DNA of 64,000 bases from contig CAWIIP010000002.1 in NCBI GenBank assembly GCA_963836235.1, positions 544,001-608,000 on the forward strand, given 5' to 3'. Below, one piece after another: positions 7,932 through 17,532 of this stretch; within the stretch, counting starts at the first letter, position 1; the number at the start of each line of letters is the position of its first letter. Under the pieces are notes generated by a model. The model had not been told where the DNA came from and did no database searches. It saw only the letters and a list, made by a program, of their open reading frames with translations. This DNA comes from an uncultured Pseudomonadota bacterium. GTDB taxonomy: Bacteria > Oederibacteriota > Muellerivitia > Muellerivitales > Muellerivitaceae. Made by a program: the position numbers and the translations under genes.

Positions 7932-10718
7932 TTATTTCGAGGAATATTCCTTCCCCTTACCCGAATGCCGGATGGCAGCTTGCGCTGCGGCCAAACGGGC
8001 GATGGGCACCCGGTAGGGTGAACAAGAGACGTAATTCAATCCCACCATATGGCAGAACTCAACGGAGTTAGGATCCCCGCCATGTTCCCCGCAAATGCCG
8101 ACTTTGAGCTTGGGTTTCACGGAACGGCCCTTTTCCACGCCCATCCGCACCAATTGGCCCACGCCATTGCGGTCAAGGACCTGAAAGGGATCTTTTTCGT
8201 AAATCCCGTTGTCTTGGTAATAACGGATAATCTTCGCGGTGTCGTCGCGGGAGAAGCCAAAGGTAGTTTGGGTCAGATCGTTGGTGCCGAAACTAAAGAA
8301 GTCGGCTTCCTCGGCAATTTTGTCCGCCGTAACCGCCGCCCTCGGCAACTCGATCATAGTTCCGATCAGGTATTCCAGCTTGACCCCGTATTTCTTGATG
8401 GTTTCCTCGGCGATCTTAATCACAATGGCCTTCTGGTTTTTCAATTCGGCCGTGTCGCCCACCAGGGGAATCATGATCTCGGGGACGATTTTCTTCCCGC
8501 TCTTCACCAGTTCACAGGCCGCGCTGATGACAGCTTCGGTCTGCATTTCGGTGATCTCCGGATAGGTAATCCCCAACCGGCAGCCCCGATGACCCAGCAT
8601 TGGGTTGAACTCGTGGAGTTCCTCCACACGGTGCAGGAGCTTCTTGGCCTTATGCAAATCCGAGCCCTCTTCTTTAACCAATTCGAGGGCTTTCTTGATC
8701 ATCTCGTTGGAAGTGGAGTTCTTCCCTGAAGCTTCCATCCGGGCGATCTCCACCATCAACTCTTCCCTCTTGGGAAGGAATTCATGCAGCGGCGGATCTA
8801 GGAAACGCACGGTAACGGGATATCCTTCCATGGCCTCAAAAAGACCCAAGAAGTCCGATTTTTGCATCGGCAATAGTTTTTTCAAGGCTTCCCGGCGGGA
8901 GGCTTCATCGGTGGCCAGAATCATGGCCTGCATATAGGGTAGGCGGTCTTCGGCGAAAAACATATGCTCGGTGCGGCAAAGGCCGATGCCTTCAGCGCCG
9001 AATTGGCGGGCTACCTTAGCGTCACGCGGAATATCGGCATTCGCGCGGACTTTGAGGGTCCTAAAAGAATCCGACCAGCTCATTAATGTGGCAAAATCGC
9101 CGGAAAGCTCAGCTTCCATGGTGGAAACCTTGCCGTTAATGACTTCCCCGGTGGAACCGTTGAGTGAAATCCAATCGCCCTCTTTAATGGTAACACTGCC
9201 TACAGAAAACTTCCTGCCGTGCTCATCGACTTTAATGGATTCGCAACCAGCCACGCAGGTCTTGCCCATTCCACGAGCCACAACGGCAGCGTGGGAAGTC
9301 ATTCCTCCGCGGGCGGTCAAAATACCTTCCGCCGCGTCCATTCCATGGATGTCATCAGGTGAAGTCTCCAGGCGAACCAGGATGACTTTCTTGCCCGCTT
9401 CTTTCCACTCAACGGCCACATCCGCCGTGAAAACAGCTTGGCCCGTCGCCGCGCCCGGCGAAGCCGGCAATCCCTTAGTAATGACATCTTTCTTGGCCTT
9501 AGGGTCAAATACCGGATGGAGCAGCTGGTCTAATTGAATGGGCTCTACCCTTTGGAGCGCTTCTTCTTTAGTGATCAGTTTTTCGGCCACCAAATCGATG
9601 GCGATCTTCACCGCCGCGGCCGCCGTGCGTTTACCCGTTCGGGTCTGCAACATGAAAAGCTTATTTTTCTCGATCGTGAACTCGAAATCCTGAATGTCGC
9701 GATAGTGCTTTTCCAGTTTTTTAGTTGTGTCGTAAAGCTGTTTGTAAACCTTTGGCATGTCCTTTTCCAGGTTCGAAATGGGAAGCGGTGTGCGAACACC
9801 GGCCACCACGTCCTCGCCTTGGGCGTTCAAGAGATACTCGCCGTAGAACTTCTTTTCGCCAGTGGCGGGATTACGGGTGAAGCCCACGCCTGTTCCCGAA
9901 TCATCGCCCATGTTGCCGAACACCATGGACTGCACGTTGACGGCCGTCCCGATATTGGCGGGAATGTCATTTTGCTTGCGGTAATAAATGGCCCGATCAT
10001 TCATCCAAGAACGGAAAACAGCATCACGGGCGCCGCGCAATTGGGCCATGACATCCTGGGGAAAAGCCTTGCCGGTTTTTTCCTTGATGAGATTCTTGAA
10101 TTTTTCGACCATTTCTTTCAAATCGGAGGCTGACAAATCGGTGTCCAGCTTCACATTTTTTTCTTCCTTCATGTGGCCGATCACGTGTTCGAAAACTTCC
10201 TTACCCATTTCCATGACCACGTTGCCGTACATCTGGATGAAACGGCGGTAGGAATCCCAGGCAAAACGCTCATTATTGGTGGAGGCCACCAAGCCCTTGA
10301 TGGTCTCGTCGTTGAGCCCCAGGTTGAGGATGGTATCCATCATTCCCGGCATGGAGAATTTGGCGCCTGAACGGACTGAAACCAGGAGGGGATTATTACG
10401 GTCGCCGAATTTTTTACCGAGGGACTTTTCCAGGCGGGCCAAGTGGATCTGCATTTCCTTATCAATGGACTCGGGAACCTTCTTGCCGCTTTCGTAATAA
10501 ATGCGGCAGGTTTCGGTCGTGATGGTGAAACCCGGGGGAACGGGAACACCGGCGTTGGTCATCTCGGCGAGGCCCGCGCCCTTACCGCCCAATTCCGCCT
10601 TCATCGTGCCTTCGCCTTCGGCCTTGCCGTTTCCAAAGAAGTAAACAAATTTTTTGGATTTGGAGCTTCCAGCGGATTTGGACTTCGTGGACGACTTTTT
10701 CTTGGCGACTTTCGACAT
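7932..10718 (-). CDS. ppdK: Pyruvate, phosphate dikinase
   Basis: 'LGGKGAGLAEM', 'LLVSVRSGA..SMPGMMDT', phospho-His motif 'GGMTSHAAVVARG', 'GIGLCRTEHMF', 'GICGEHGG'. Confidence 0.98.
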   Translation of the reverse strand: MSKVAKKKSSTKSKSAGSSKSKKFVYFFGNGKAEGEGTMKAELGGKGAGLAEMTNAGVPVPPGFTITTETCRIYYESGKKVPESIDKEMQIHLARLEKSLGKKFGDRNNPLLVSVRSGAKFSMPGMMDTILNLGLNDETIKGLVASTNNERFAWDSYRRFIQMYGNVVMEMGKEVFEHVIGHMKEEKNVKLDTDLSASDLKEMVEKFKNLIKEKTGKAFPQDVMAQLRGARDAVFRSWMNDRAIYYRKQNDIPANIGTAVNVQSMVFGNMGDDSGTGVGFTRNPATGEKKFYGEYLLNAQGEDVVAGVRTPLPISNLEKDMPKVYKQLYDTTKKLEKHYRDIQDFEFTIEKNKLFMLQTRTGKRTAAAAVKIAIDLVAEKLITKEEALQRVEPIQLDQLLHPVFDPKAKKDVITKGLPASPGAATGQAVFTADVAVEWKEAGKKVILVRLETSPDDIHGMDAAEGILTARGGMTSHAAVVARGMGKTCVAGCESIKVDEHGRKFSVGSVTIKEGDWISLNGSTGEVINGKVSTMEAELSGDFATLMSWSDSFRTLKVRANADIPRDAKVARQFGAEGIGLCRTEHMFFAEDRLPYMQAMILATDEASRREALKKLLPMQKSDFLGLFEAMEGYPVTVRFLDPPLHEFLPKREELMVEIARMEASGKNSTSNEMIKKALELVKEEGSDLHKAKKLLHRVEELHEFNPMLGHRGCRLGITYPEITEMQTEAVISAACELVKSGKKIVPEIMIPLVGDTAELKNQKAIVIKIAEETIKKYGVKLEYLIGTMIELPRAAVTADKIAEEADFFSFGTNDLTQTTFGFSRDDTAKIIRYYQDNGIYEKDPFQVLDRNGVGQLVRMGVEKGRSVKPKLKVGICGEHGGDPNSVEFCHMVGLNYVSCSPYRVPIARLAAAQAAIRHSGKGKEYSSK

Positions 10719-10821
10719 TTGAACCCTCCTCGAGAATGTTAAACAGGAATAACGTCAAAACGTCGGGATGTCCGGACCACCGACTTTTAGGATTTTCGCA
10801 AAAGGCCCGGAAAGGGGGCTT

Positions 10822-10849
10822 ATTGTAGCAAACCCCCTTTTGAATGCAA
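10822..10849 (-). promoter_or_regulatory. Putative sigma70 promoter of ppdK
   Basis: Minus strand TTGCAT-N16-TACAAT with extended -10 TG, about 100 nt upstream of the start. Confidence 0.6.
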
Positions 10850-10916
10850 CGAAAGCGCTAAAAATAAGGGGCTTGCAAAACAAGGAAATTTCAAAGTTTT
10901 AGAACGATTCAACGGG

Positions 10917-13025
10917 TTAATGGGAAGGGTTAGCAGGAGTTTCCGAAGCATAGACCAGCTTCCTGAAATCACACAGGATTAAAAGGAGATCGGCGGTCTG
11001 ACGAAGTAGGGCCAAGCGGTTATTGCGGACTTTCGCGTTCTTATCCATGACCATCACCTTTTCGAAAAAGGCGTGGATGGGTTGGATTAGGGTTTCCAAA
11101 TGTCCCACGATATCCTCGTAATAACTTTCGCTTCGGCGGTCGGCATCTTTGATCAACTCTTTAGCAAATTGGACTTTTTCAAATAGATCTTTCTCCTCTT
11201 CAAATCTTAATAAAGGTTTGGAAACCTTATCGGAAACCTTCTTTTCGGGAAGAATCCTCAGTACGCGACCAGCCGCGGTCGCCAGTTCCTGGAATTCCTT
11301 TTCCATTTTCTGGCGCTGTACCGTTTCAGCCTTCTCAATCAGTTCAATAAAGGTGGCGGCATTTGTCGCGGCGACTGCGTTTACCACATCGTAAGAAATG
11401 TTTTTGGACTCCACAACGGCCTGAAAGCGGCCCTTGAGAAACTCCAAAACATCATCCTTTTCCTTTGGTTTAGCTTTTCCTGCAAAACCGCTAAGAGCGC
11501 TTTTGACCAGGTCTTCAAGTGAAACAGGGTATTTATTCGATAAAAGGATTTGCAGAATGCCGAGTGCCTGGCGGCGAAGACCGAAGGGATCCTGGGACCC
11601 GCTTGGAATTACGCCTGCCCGGAAGCAACCTACGATGTTGTCCAACTTGTCGGCAACGCTCAAAATGGCGGACCCTATCGTTTCCGGAAGTTTGTCCCCC
11701 GAAAAGCGCGGCCAATAATGTCTTTGGATGGCCACACCTACTTCTAGTTTACCCTCTTGGATAGCGTAAAAACCACCCATGTAACCTTGTAAGCTATTAA
11801 ATTCCTTCTCGCGAATGATATTGGTGGCCAAGTCAGATTTACAAAGACCGGCCGCCTCTTCGGCAATTTTGATGGCCTCATTCGAAATATTGCAAAGAGG
11901 TCCTATCTTTTTCACCAACTTCTGCAGACGGACCGACTTGTCCGCCATCGTTCCCATGCCTTCCAGCCAGGTTATGCCAGAAAGCTTCTCTCCCCAGCCT
12001 TTCAGGGAAATTTTCATGTCTTCCGCCACGAAGAATCTTGCGTCTTCCAGGCGGGCCTTCAGAACCGCCTCGTTCGAACGGATAACCACCGCATTATCCT
12101 TTGGAGTGCCGTTGATAACGCCGATAAAATAAGGGGCAAGATTTCCCTGGGAATCCCGGACCGCAAAGTATTTTTGGTGTTCCCGCATGGCCGTGACGAT
12201 GACCTGTTCAGGTAGATCCAGGTAATGGGGGTCGAAAGAACCCATGATAATGTCCGGTGATTCAATCAAATTGTTCACGTCATCCAAAAGCTCGGGATCG
12301 GGGATTACCGTAGTGTTCTTCTCAGCGGCGGCCTGCTGGACCTTGTTCCAAATGGCCTGTCGGCGCTCATCGGGGGCCGCAGTCACCCCCGCCTGCCTTA
12401 AGACTTCCAAGTAATCGCCTGCTTCCACCACATCTAAAGGCCCCTGCTTCAAAGCCCGCAAACCCCGCGTTTCTCGGCTGCTGTAAAGACCGGCGATTTC
12501 AAAAGGAATAACCGCCCGAGAGAAAACCGAACAAATCCAACGAATGGGCCGAGCGAAGAGAAAATCCCCATTACCCCAGCGCTGGACCTTGGGGAAACGG
12601 ACCTTCCTGATCACTTCGGGAAAAACTTCGGCCATGATCTCCGAAGTAAGCCTCCCACCACCCTTCTTAAGAGCCACCACCACCTCGCCCTTGGGCGTCA
12701 TTTTGCGCTTTAAAGAAGCCGCTGAAACGCCCTGGGCTTTGGCGAAACCTTCTCCGGCCCGCGTGGGCAAACCATGCTGATCAAAAGCTATCGAAACCAG
12801 CGGGCCCGTGACTTCTTTGCTGGAATCCTGTTGCATTTCCGGTAGGCCCTTGAAGAAAAGGGTCAATCGTCGAGGCGTGTAATAGGTATAAAGATGCTGA
12901 TACGAAATGCGGTGGTCGCGCAAAGACGCTTCCGCCGCGGCAACCATCTGGTCAATGGCCGGGCGGATATAGGAGGAAGGAAGTTCCTCGCATCCGATTT
13001 CAAGTACGGCATCCTTCAGGATCAT
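10917..13025 (-). CDS. glyS: Glycine--tRNA ligase beta subunit
   Basis: 'LEIGCEELP', 'TPRRL', 'FARPIRWI', 'HQKYF', 'GSQDPFGLRR', 'VRNNRLALL'. Start ATG 13025 (TTG 13037 alternative). Confidence 0.97.
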   Translation of the reverse strand: MILKDAVLEIGCEELPSSYIRPAIDQMVAAAEASLRDHRISYQHLYTYYTPRRLTLFFKGLPEMQQDSSKEVTGPLVSIAFDQHGLPTRAGEGFAKAQGVSAASLKRKMTPKGEVVVALKKGGGRLTSEIMAEVFPEVIRKVRFPKVQRWGNGDFLFARPIRWICSVFSRAVIPFEIAGLYSSRETRGLRALKQGPLDVVEAGDYLEVLRQAGVTAAPDERRQAIWNKVQQAAAEKNTTVIPDPELLDDVNNLIESPDIIMGSFDPHYLDLPEQVIVTAMREHQKYFAVRDSQGNLAPYFIGVINGTPKDNAVVIRSNEAVLKARLEDARFFVAEDMKISLKGWGEKLSGITWLEGMGTMADKSVRLQKLVKKIGPLCNISNEAIKIAEEAAGLCKSDLATNIIREKEFNSLQGYMGGFYAIQEGKLEVGVAIQRHYWPRFSGDKLPETIGSAILSVADKLDNIVGCFRAGVIPSGSQDPFGLRRQALGILQILLSNKYPVSLEDLVKSALSGFAGKAKPKEKDDVLEFLKGRFQAVVESKNISYDVVNAVAATNAATFIELIEKAETVQRQKMEKEFQELATAAGRVLRILPEKKVSDKVSKPLLRFEEEKDLFEKVQFAKELIKDADRRSESYYEDIVGHLETLIQPIHAFFEKVMVMDKNAKVRNNRLALLRQTADLLLILCDFRKLVYASETPANPSH

Positions 13026-13053
13026 TAAAAACCCCAATTTTTAATTTTGAATT

Positions 13054-13935
13054 CTAGGATTTCCGCATCAACGGAAATCCCAGTCCTTCACGCTCTTTCA
13101 CGTAAGCCGTGGCCACCGCTTTAGCCATTCCCCGCACCCTGGCGATGTAATTGGTCCGCTCGGCCACCGAGATGGCCCCCCGAGCGTCCAACAAGTTAAA
13201 AGTATGTGACGCCTTAATAACGTAATCATAGGCTGGGGCAGTCAGTTGGAGTTCTAACAGACGCCGCGCCTCTCCCTCGTAATCTTTGAAATGCCTCAAG
13301 AGCATATTGGTATTCGCGTGCGCGAAATTAAAAGCCGAGAACTGTTTTTCGCTTTGAAGAAAGATGTCGCGGTAAGTAATACCTTTTCCGCCGTAATTCA
13401 AATCCCAAACGCTGTCCACTCCCTGGATGACGGTGGCTATTCGTTCCAGACCAAAAGTGATCTCCCCGGATACGGGCTTCAGTTCCAACCCGCCGGTCGT
13501 CTGGAAAAAGGTGAACTGGGTGATCTCGATTCCATCCATCCAAACTTGCCAACCCAACCCGGAAGCTCCCAAAGTGGGTGATTCCCAATCGTCCTCTACA
13601 AAGCGGATGTCGTGCTCGTCCTGCCGAATGCCAATCTGTTCCAGACTTTCCAGGTAAAGCTCAACCATGTTCTCGGGCGAAGGCTTGAGGATGATTTGAT
13701 ACTGGTAGTAATGCTGCATGCGGTTGGGGTTTTCCCCGTAACGGCCGTCTTTGGGCCGGCGGCAAGGGTCCACATAGGCCACATGATAGGGCTCGGGGCC
13801 CAAGACCCGAAAAAAAGTGGCGGGGTTGAATGTACCGGCGCCCTTTTCCAAATCGTAAGGCTGTTGAACGACACAACCTTGTTGGCTCCAATATTGGTTG
13901 AGGGTAAAGATGAGTTCCTGGAATGAAAGCGCCAT
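13054..13935 (-). CDS. glyQ: Glycine--tRNA ligase alpha subunit
   Basis: '[10 protein letters not shown]', '[10 protein letters not shown]', '[16 protein letters not shown]', '[10 protein letters not shown]'. Confidence 0.98.
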   Translation of the reverse strand: MALSFQELIFTLNQYWSQQGCVVQQPYDLEKGAGTFNPATFFRVLGPEPYHVAYVDPCRRPKDGRYGENPNRMQHYYQYQIILKPSPENMVELYLESLEQIGIRQDEHDIRFVEDDWESPTLGASGLGWQVWMDGIEITQFTFFQTTGGLELKPVSGEITFGLERIATVIQGVDSVWDLNYGGKGITYRDIFLQSEKQFSAFNFAHANTNMLLRHFKDYEGEARRLLELQLTAPAYDYVIKASHTFNLLDARGAISVAERTNYIARVRGMAKAVATAYVKEREGLGFPLMRKS

Positions 13936-14082
13936 TAGGGTCCTGTCGCGGAAATCTTGGTCGATTTGAAAAAAATACGGGATTTACACCTTATTCGCAA
14001 GCTAAAAACGGCATAAAAAGGGATGATTTAAAATCTTTTCGCCGGTAAAACGACCAGTTCTGGTGAATCAAGCCTAAAAGGC

Positions 14083-14113
14083 AAAAAAAAAGCCCCGAAG
14101 ACTCGGGGGCTTT
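14083..14113 (-). terminator. Intrinsic terminator of the cold-shock gene
   Basis: GCCCCCGA/TCGGGGC stem followed by 9 T on the minus strand. Confidence 0.85.
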
Positions 14114-14132
14114 GAAAGATTGCTTAAATCTT

Positions 14133-14333
14133 TTAGATTTTGCGGACGTTTTCAGCCTTCAGACCCTTCTGGCCTTGGGTGACTTCGAATTCAACGCGGT
14201 CCCCTTCGTTCAAAGTCTTGAAGCCATCGTTCTGAATCGACGAATAATGTACGAATACATCCTCGCCACCGTCCTGGGAGATAAAACCAAAACCTTTTTC
14301 GTTCTTAAACCACTTCACGGTTCCTTGAGCCAT
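14133..14333 (-). CDS. Cold-shock protein (CspA family), 66 aa
   Basis: [12 protein letters not shown]1 'KGFGFI', RNP2 'VFVHYS'; SD-like GAGGT upstream of ATG 14333. Confidence 0.96.
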   Translation of the reverse strand: MAQGTVKWFKNEKGFGFISQDGGEDVFVHYSSIQNDGFKTLNEGDRVEFEVTQGQKGLKAENVRKI

Positions 14334-14381
14334 TTCGACTAACCTCGCATTTAAAATTTGCACAGTTCATCTATTCAACAG

Positions 14382-14501
14382 GAGCCTTCAGCCCCAATGC
14401 GGAGAACTGCGTAACCCTTATTTCCTTACATTGGGCTTCGCCCAATTGCCAAATGGAAAATAAGGGTAGCTTCCTTCCGGGGATGGGCCCCAAGAAGGCT
14501 C
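14382..14501 (-). promoter_or_regulatory. Structured 5' leader (long hairpin) upstream of the csp gene
   Basis: Nested inverted repeats: 14382-14389/14494-14501, 14414-14423/14458-14467, 14430-14436/14440-14446. Confidence 0.55.
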
Positions 14502-14582
14502 TCATATTACTGAAAAGCCACGGCTTTGAAAACTTTTTTCAAAGAAAATAAATATTTTTAAAATGATTGGACTTCAGGAAGG

Positions 14583-15071
14583 TTAAGCGACCGTCAGGGC
14601 CAGGAAAGCAAATTCCAGCAGGACCAGTCCCACTACAAAAATGGTTCCCAAAATAAACCAGCCCCATCCGTCGATTAAAGGCGCACCGAACAGGGGCTTT
14701 TTGGCGGGCCAAACACGGATGATATCCCCGCTTTGGGGCTCCAATTGATCCGGCCAAGCTGGATAGAGGCAATAGATTTTGTCGGCTGAAGATCTTAAGT
14801 TGTACTCGCTCTTCTTTTTTTGTTCTAAAATTTTTTGGTTTTCAACGCTGACTTGGAATAAGCCTCCGACTCGACAGCCGGTTTTCACTTTTCCAATATG
14901 ATTGAAGACCGATGCCACTTTGGCATCTATCCCGCCCTGGCTGGTGACTAAGGAGATCAAGGGGTAGGCCAGGAAATAGGCCGATATACAAAAGAAAACA
15001 ACGGCCAAAACAATACCAAATGATTTCACAAGGATAAGACGCAAAAGAGATTTCCAATTAGAAGAGGACAT
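14583..15071 (-). CDS. Hypothetical membrane protein (2 TM helices flanking a soluble domain)
   Basis: Hydrophobic N- and C-terminal segments; no family recognised. Confidence 0.65.
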   Translation of the reverse strand: MSSSNWKSLLRLILVKSFGIVLAVVFFCISAYFLAYPLISLVTSQGGIDAKVASVFNHIGKVKTGCRVGGLFQVSVENQKILEQKKKSEYNLRSSADKIYCLYPAWPDQLEPQSGDIIRVWPAKKPLFGAPLIDGWGWFILGTIFVVGLVLLEFAFLALTVA

Positions 15072-15239
15072 TCATAACCCCGTGCTCGGAATATTAAAAA
15101 GAAAGCGGATTTATTCTATGAATAATGACAAAAAGTTCCCACACTTTTCATTCAAACGCAGGGATAGGCCTTTTCCCTGATTTTTTTTTGAGATTCTAAT
15201 AAAAGGCTTTTAGATGAAAAGATGGAGTTTGATCAAAAC

Positions 15240-15806
15240 TCACATCATTCCTAATTGAAGCCGGGCGGCTTCGGTCATGAGAGATTGGTTCCAGGGCGGT
15301 TCGAAGGTGACTTCCACATAAGATTCCTTAACGCCTTGTATTCGGCTGAGTTTTTGCTCAATCTCGGCTTTCAAGACAGTGGACATGCCACAACCGGGCG
15401 CGGTCAATGTCATGACGACATCCACTTTCTTTCCACCTTTTGGATGGGGCGTAATCTTACAGCTGTAAATGAGTCCCAATTCGACGATATCCACCGGAAT
15501 TTCCGGGTCATAGCAGGTCTTAAGCTGCTTCCAAACATCTTCTTCGACTTCCTTGTCGTCCCGGGGGGTCTCATCGCCGTATTCGATTTTAAAAACCTTA
15601 GCTTCCTCCGGAATTTCCTTTCCCAATGCGTCCGCGTCGCGTCCATCGATACGTACCAATTGGCCGTTGTCCCTTTGAACGGTGAAACTACCGCCCAAGG
15701 TTTGGGTGATATAAACTTTCTCATCCTTGAACAGGAGAGTTTCCGTTCCGTAAGGGATGGTAATGGCCTTCGCGTCCTTGGTAACCGTTACGAGTTCCTG
15801 GCTCAT
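15240..15806 (-). CDS. sufT: Fe-S cluster assembly protein SufT (DUF59)
   Basis: 'ITQTLGGSFTV..LVRIDG.DADALG' N-terminus, 'YDPEIPVDIVELGLIY', 'MTLTAPGCGM', 'PPW'; last gene of the suf operon. Confidence 0.92.
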   Translation of the reverse strand: MSQELVTVTKDAKAITIPYGTETLLFKDEKVYITQTLGGSFTVQRDNGQLVRIDGRDADALGKEIPEEAKVFKIEYGDETPRDDKEVEEDVWKQLKTCYDPEIPVDIVELGLIYSCKITPHPKGGKKVDVVMTLTAPGCGMSTVLKAEIEQKLSRIQGVKESYVEVTFEPPWNQSLMTEAARLQLGMM

Positions 15807-16267
15807 GGATCAACTCCGTCGTCGGTGGAAACTACCGCCTTTTCTTCGTGAAGTGCCGCTTCCATCGTGTGCCAGGCTAGGCTGGCGCATTTGACACGGG
15901 CGGGATAATCCCGAACACCCTCGAATACCTTCAGTTTTCCTAATTCCGCCGGTTTGGCCCCTTCTTTTCCCATGACCATGTCGTGGAATTGATTAAACAT
16001 CTTCTCCGCCTCGGCGGTTTTTTTGCCTTTCAAGGCCATCGTCATCATGGAAGCCGAAGCCTTGGAAATAGCGCATCCCGAACCCTTGAATTTTAAATCC
16101 TCAATGACACCTTCCCCATTCACCTTGAGGTCCAAGGCGATCTTATCGCCGCAAAGGGGATTGAAGCCGTCGGCGTGGTGGTTGGCGCCCGGCAATTCCC
16201 CGAAGTTTCGGGGGTTTTTCTGATGGTCCAGGATCAAGTCCTGGTAGAGATCGCTGAAGTCGGACAT
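15803..16267 (-). CDS. sufU: SUF system NifU-family protein
   Basis: 'LYQDLILDH', 'NPLCGD', 'GCAISKASAS', 'ARVKCASL'. Confidence 0.95.
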   Translation of the reverse strand: MSDFSDLYQDLILDHQKNPRNFGELPGANHHADGFNPLCGDKIALDLKVNGEGVIEDLKFKGSGCAISKASASMMTMALKGKKTAEAEKMFNQFHDMVMGKEGAKPAELGKLKVFEGVRDYPARVKCASLAWHTMEAALHEEKAVVSTDDGVDP

Positions 16268-17532
16268 TACTTAAAAACCTCCAAAACTTTACGAATCGCC
16301 TTGGCTAAGGCGTCTATTTCATCCTGAGTGTTATAAAGCCCGAAAGACGCCCGGGCCGTGGCGGGAATTCGAAAGCGTTCCATGACCGGTTGAGCGCAAT
16401 GGTGCCCTGCTCGAATGGCAATTCCCTGTCGGTCTAGAATGGTTCCGATATCGTGGGGATGTATCTCGCCCAAGGTAAAGGAAAGTACGCCCGCTTTATG
16501 CCCAGCGGTTCCCACCAACTGAAGTCCGGGGATTTCTTGAAGTTTTTTGGTGCCATAAGTGAGCAAATCCTGCTCATGGGCCGCGATGTCATCCAGGCCG
16601 ATATTCAAGACATAATCAAGTGCCGCACCTAAGCCGATGACGCCAGCAATGTGTGGCGTTCCCGCTTCAAATTTATGAGGTGGTTTCTTATAAAGAGTCT
16701 TCTCAAAAGTGACTGAGGAAATCATGTCGCCCCCACCCTGGTATGGGGGCATCGAATCCAAAATGGAATACTTGGCGTATAAAATTCCGATCCCAGTGGG
16801 ACCATAAATTTTATGCCCCGAAAAGGCGTAAAAGTCGCAATCCAGTTGTTGAACATCGACCGCTTTGTGCGGAACCGACTGGGCCCCATCTACCAGCACC
16901 TTGACGCCTTTTTCATGGGCCGTCTTCACGATTTCAGCAACGGGGTTGACCGTTCCCAGGGCATTCGAAACATGAGTTAAAGCTAGTAATTTAGTTTTGG
17001 TGGTAAAAAGTTTCCAAAACTCTTCAAGGATCAATTCTCCGGAATCATTAATCGGGGCGACTTTTAAAACCGCTTGTTTTTCTTCACAAAGAATCTGCCA
17101 GGGGACAATATTAGAATGATGTTCCATGTGGGTCACGATGATTTCATCACCCACTCCCACGTTCTTCCGGCCCCAGGTTTGTGCTACCAGGTTGATTCCC
17201 TCGGTCGTGCCCCGGGTAAAGATAATTTCCCTGGAATCGGCGGCGTTCAGGAATTTTTGGATTTTCACTCTTGAGCCTTCGTAAGCCGCGGTAGCCTTTT
17301 CGCTCAGGAGATGTAACCCCCGATGAATATTGGAATTGTATTCTCGATAGTACTCGTCCAAGGCCGCAATCACCGAAAGGGGTTTGTGTGTGGTGGCTGC
17401 GTTATCCAGATAAACCAGCGGCTTGCCATGCACCTTTATCTTAAGGATAGGAAAATCCTTACGGATTTTTTCCACATTTAAAGCGGTTCTTTTCAGCTCG
17501 GCCTTTTTTCGGGGACGTGTTTTGGTTTTCAT
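16267..17532 (-). CDS. sufS: Cysteine desulfurase SufS
   Basis: 'YLDNAATT', 'EHHSNIVPW', 'SGHK' PLP lysine, 'RAGHHCA'. ATG 17532 overlaps the sufD stop (ATGA) and has SD GGAGGG. Confidence 0.96.
   Translation of the reverse strand: MKTKTRPRKKAELKRTALNVEKIRKDFPILKIKVHGKPLVYLDNAATTHKPLSVIAALDEYYREYNSNIHRGLHLLSEKATAAYEGSRVKIQKFLNAADSREIIFTRGTTEGINLVAQTWGRKNVGVGDEIIVTHMEHHSNIVPWQILCEEKQAVLKVAPINDSGELILEEFWKLFTTKTKLLALTHVSNALGTVNPVAEIVKTAHEKGVKVLVDGAQSVPHKAVDVQQLDCDFYAFSGHKIYGPTGIGILYAKYSILDSMPPYQGGGDMISSVTFEKTLYKKPPHKFEAGTPHIAGVIGLGAALDYVLNIGLDDIAAHEQDLLTYGTKKLQEIPGLQLVGTAGHKAGVLSFTLGEIHPHDIGTILDRQGIAIRAGHHCAQPVMERFRIPATARASFGLYNTQDEIDALAKAIRKVLEVFK

Noticed and set aside
13936-14082. T-box riboswitch upstream of glyQ (also sought upstream of tyrS)
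   Set aside because: No T-box consensus or antiterminator seen, and the leaders are too short.
14466-14482. Minus-strand CCGGAAGGAAGC resembling SRP RNA helix 8
   Set aside because: The conserved upstream CAGG and downstream AGCAG symmetric-loop bases are missing and the GGAA is not at the apex of the rod.
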